In this document: positions 62,511 through 64,000 of the stretch, one piece after another | Numbering within the stretch: the first letter of the stretch is position 1 | Layout of the letters: each line of letters begins with the position of its first letter | NCBI RefSeq assembly: GCF_021028975.2 | Contig: NC_059439.1 | Coordinates: 30,318,001 to 30,382,000 of the forward strand | From: Sphaerodactylus townsendi | Taxonomy: Eukaryota | DNA: 64,000 nucleotides | Direction of reading: 5' to 3' | Made by a program: the position numbers and the translations under genes | Notes under the pieces: generated by a model | The model's database searches: none | Told to the model about the DNA's origin: nothing | Seen by the model: only the letters and a program-made list of their open reading frames with translations

Positions 62511-64000
62511 GTGAGGGACTTCTAAATTCCGATCTTGGTTGGCAAGGCAGCGGGATTTGATTTTTAAGAAGGGAACTCTATATTTATGCATGTCTATTTC
62601 AAACATTTATTAGCCACCTTTCTTCCTTGTGGGATTCAAGGCAGCTTACAAAATAGATAAAATGCATCTAGTAGAATACAGAAAATACACTTTAAAAAAC
62701 CAAAATGTAAAATCACGATTCAGGACTGCCAATAAATTACTTACATGCAATCCTAAATAAAACCATCTTCCACTGGTTCCTAAAGGTTGCGCACACCCTT
62801 TCCCCAAGCTGAAAGTTTCCACTCCAGCTCAGAAAGCTTCTTACTATTTACAAAGAACCCTTTTCCCCATCTCCTGCCATTTGCTCTCATGAATTTTGCA
62901 GGTGAAAAGAAATGCTTTGGGAACATAAGGTTTTGATCCAGCCAGTTTTTTTATCCAACCTCAACCAATTTTTCTCTTTGATCCACCCATCTTCCCCATA
63001 GCAACTGGTACCGAGAGTTGATATTATGTGACATGGAGGGGGGTGGGCATAATGGTGGCTGTTTTGCGGCTTAAACTTCAGTTTTGGAAATAGAAGTCTT
63101 GCATGCTTTTTTCCTGATACCGATTTCAGTAAAACAAATCATCCGAATGTAGGGTCTCGTTATTGAACAGTCCAAGGGCACAACACTGGCTCTGCTATCC
63201 CAACTCTCCATGGTTTTGTTTGGTTGTTTTTTTCCCCACCAGATAACTGTGCCTGTTGAGATGGTGATCATAAACTCCCCTATCGTAGATCAGGCTCTTT
63301 CTGACACAGTGCCGAGACATCCTGCCAAGGAGACCAACCAAGCGGACAAGAAGAACGGCAGCTCCGAAGGTACCCGTAAGTGCTGAGGATGAATATTTCT
63401 TGCCATGGAAAAATCAGCATCTTCGTAACGCTGAGCAAAAACGAGGGGCAGAATTAATATAAGGATATCCATAGGAGTGTGAGGGGGGATTTACCTTGAA
63501 GAGGGGGAGGATCAAAGTGCCAAGGTGATATGTAGCACCCCTGCATACTCCACCCCAAATCTTCATGCCCAAGAGGTTAATGGCACTGAAACATCTCTGT
63601 CTTGCAGGCCCTGTTAGCTGACAGAGAGTTCTACCAGGCAGGAGCCAGGGCAGAGAGAGAAAGCCCTGGCATTGGTCAAGGCCAGTCACATGTCCCTTGG
63701 GCCAGGGGCTACCAGAAGGTTTTTATCAGAGGACTGGAGCATCCTCTGGGGGCAATATGGGGCATTCCACTGTGGATCCCAGGGTCTGTAGTTCTTCCCT
63801 GGGCTAGTGACATGTTGAAGACTTAACAAGATTCCAACATGAGCTTTTGTGAGTAAGAGATCACATCTTCAGATGGTATTAAGAAGAAATCATTCCACAT
63901 TTTAATGGGGACAGTTTCAGAAGGAAAGGGAGGAGAAAGTCAACGGCCAAAGGTGACTTCGTGGCAGAGCGGTGATTCGAACCCTAGTCTCCGTTGTCCG

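Overview
Vertebrate nuclear DNA, very likely from a squamate reptile and probably a gecko. That is inferred from about 25 copies of a tRNA/CORE SINE with (CTT)n tails (Squam3-like), CR1 LINEs and hAT/SPIN MITEs. It is a draft assembly with two N-gaps and some error-prone stretches. Genes from left to right: an IGHV pseudogene (-) with octamer promoter, leader and V exon, whose RSS is split by a CR1 insertion; an intronless urotensin-2 receptor-family GPCR (+); a poly-C2H2 zinc-finger gene (-) with a CpG-island promoter; an intronless, frameshifted TBRG1 retrocopy (+) that appears to have gained a promoter and 5' exon; the five coding exons of TACO1 (-), with a +1 homopolymer frameshift; a complete SCAN-KRAB-C2H2 gene (+); and the first coding exon of a second SCAN gene (+). 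Both SCAN genes keep a Gag-capsid-like segment in front of the SCAN domain. Non-coding DNA is dense in SINEs, CR1/RTE fragments, hAT, Harbinger and Tc2-like MITEs with target-site duplications, and Penelope-like fragments carrying hammerhead ribozyme cores. I see no CRISPR array or prokaryotic-type system. I cannot claim a wholly new system; the best leads are the capsid-retaining ZNF genes, the TBRG1 retrogene, the hammerheads, the split RSS and an antisense UTS2R fragment.
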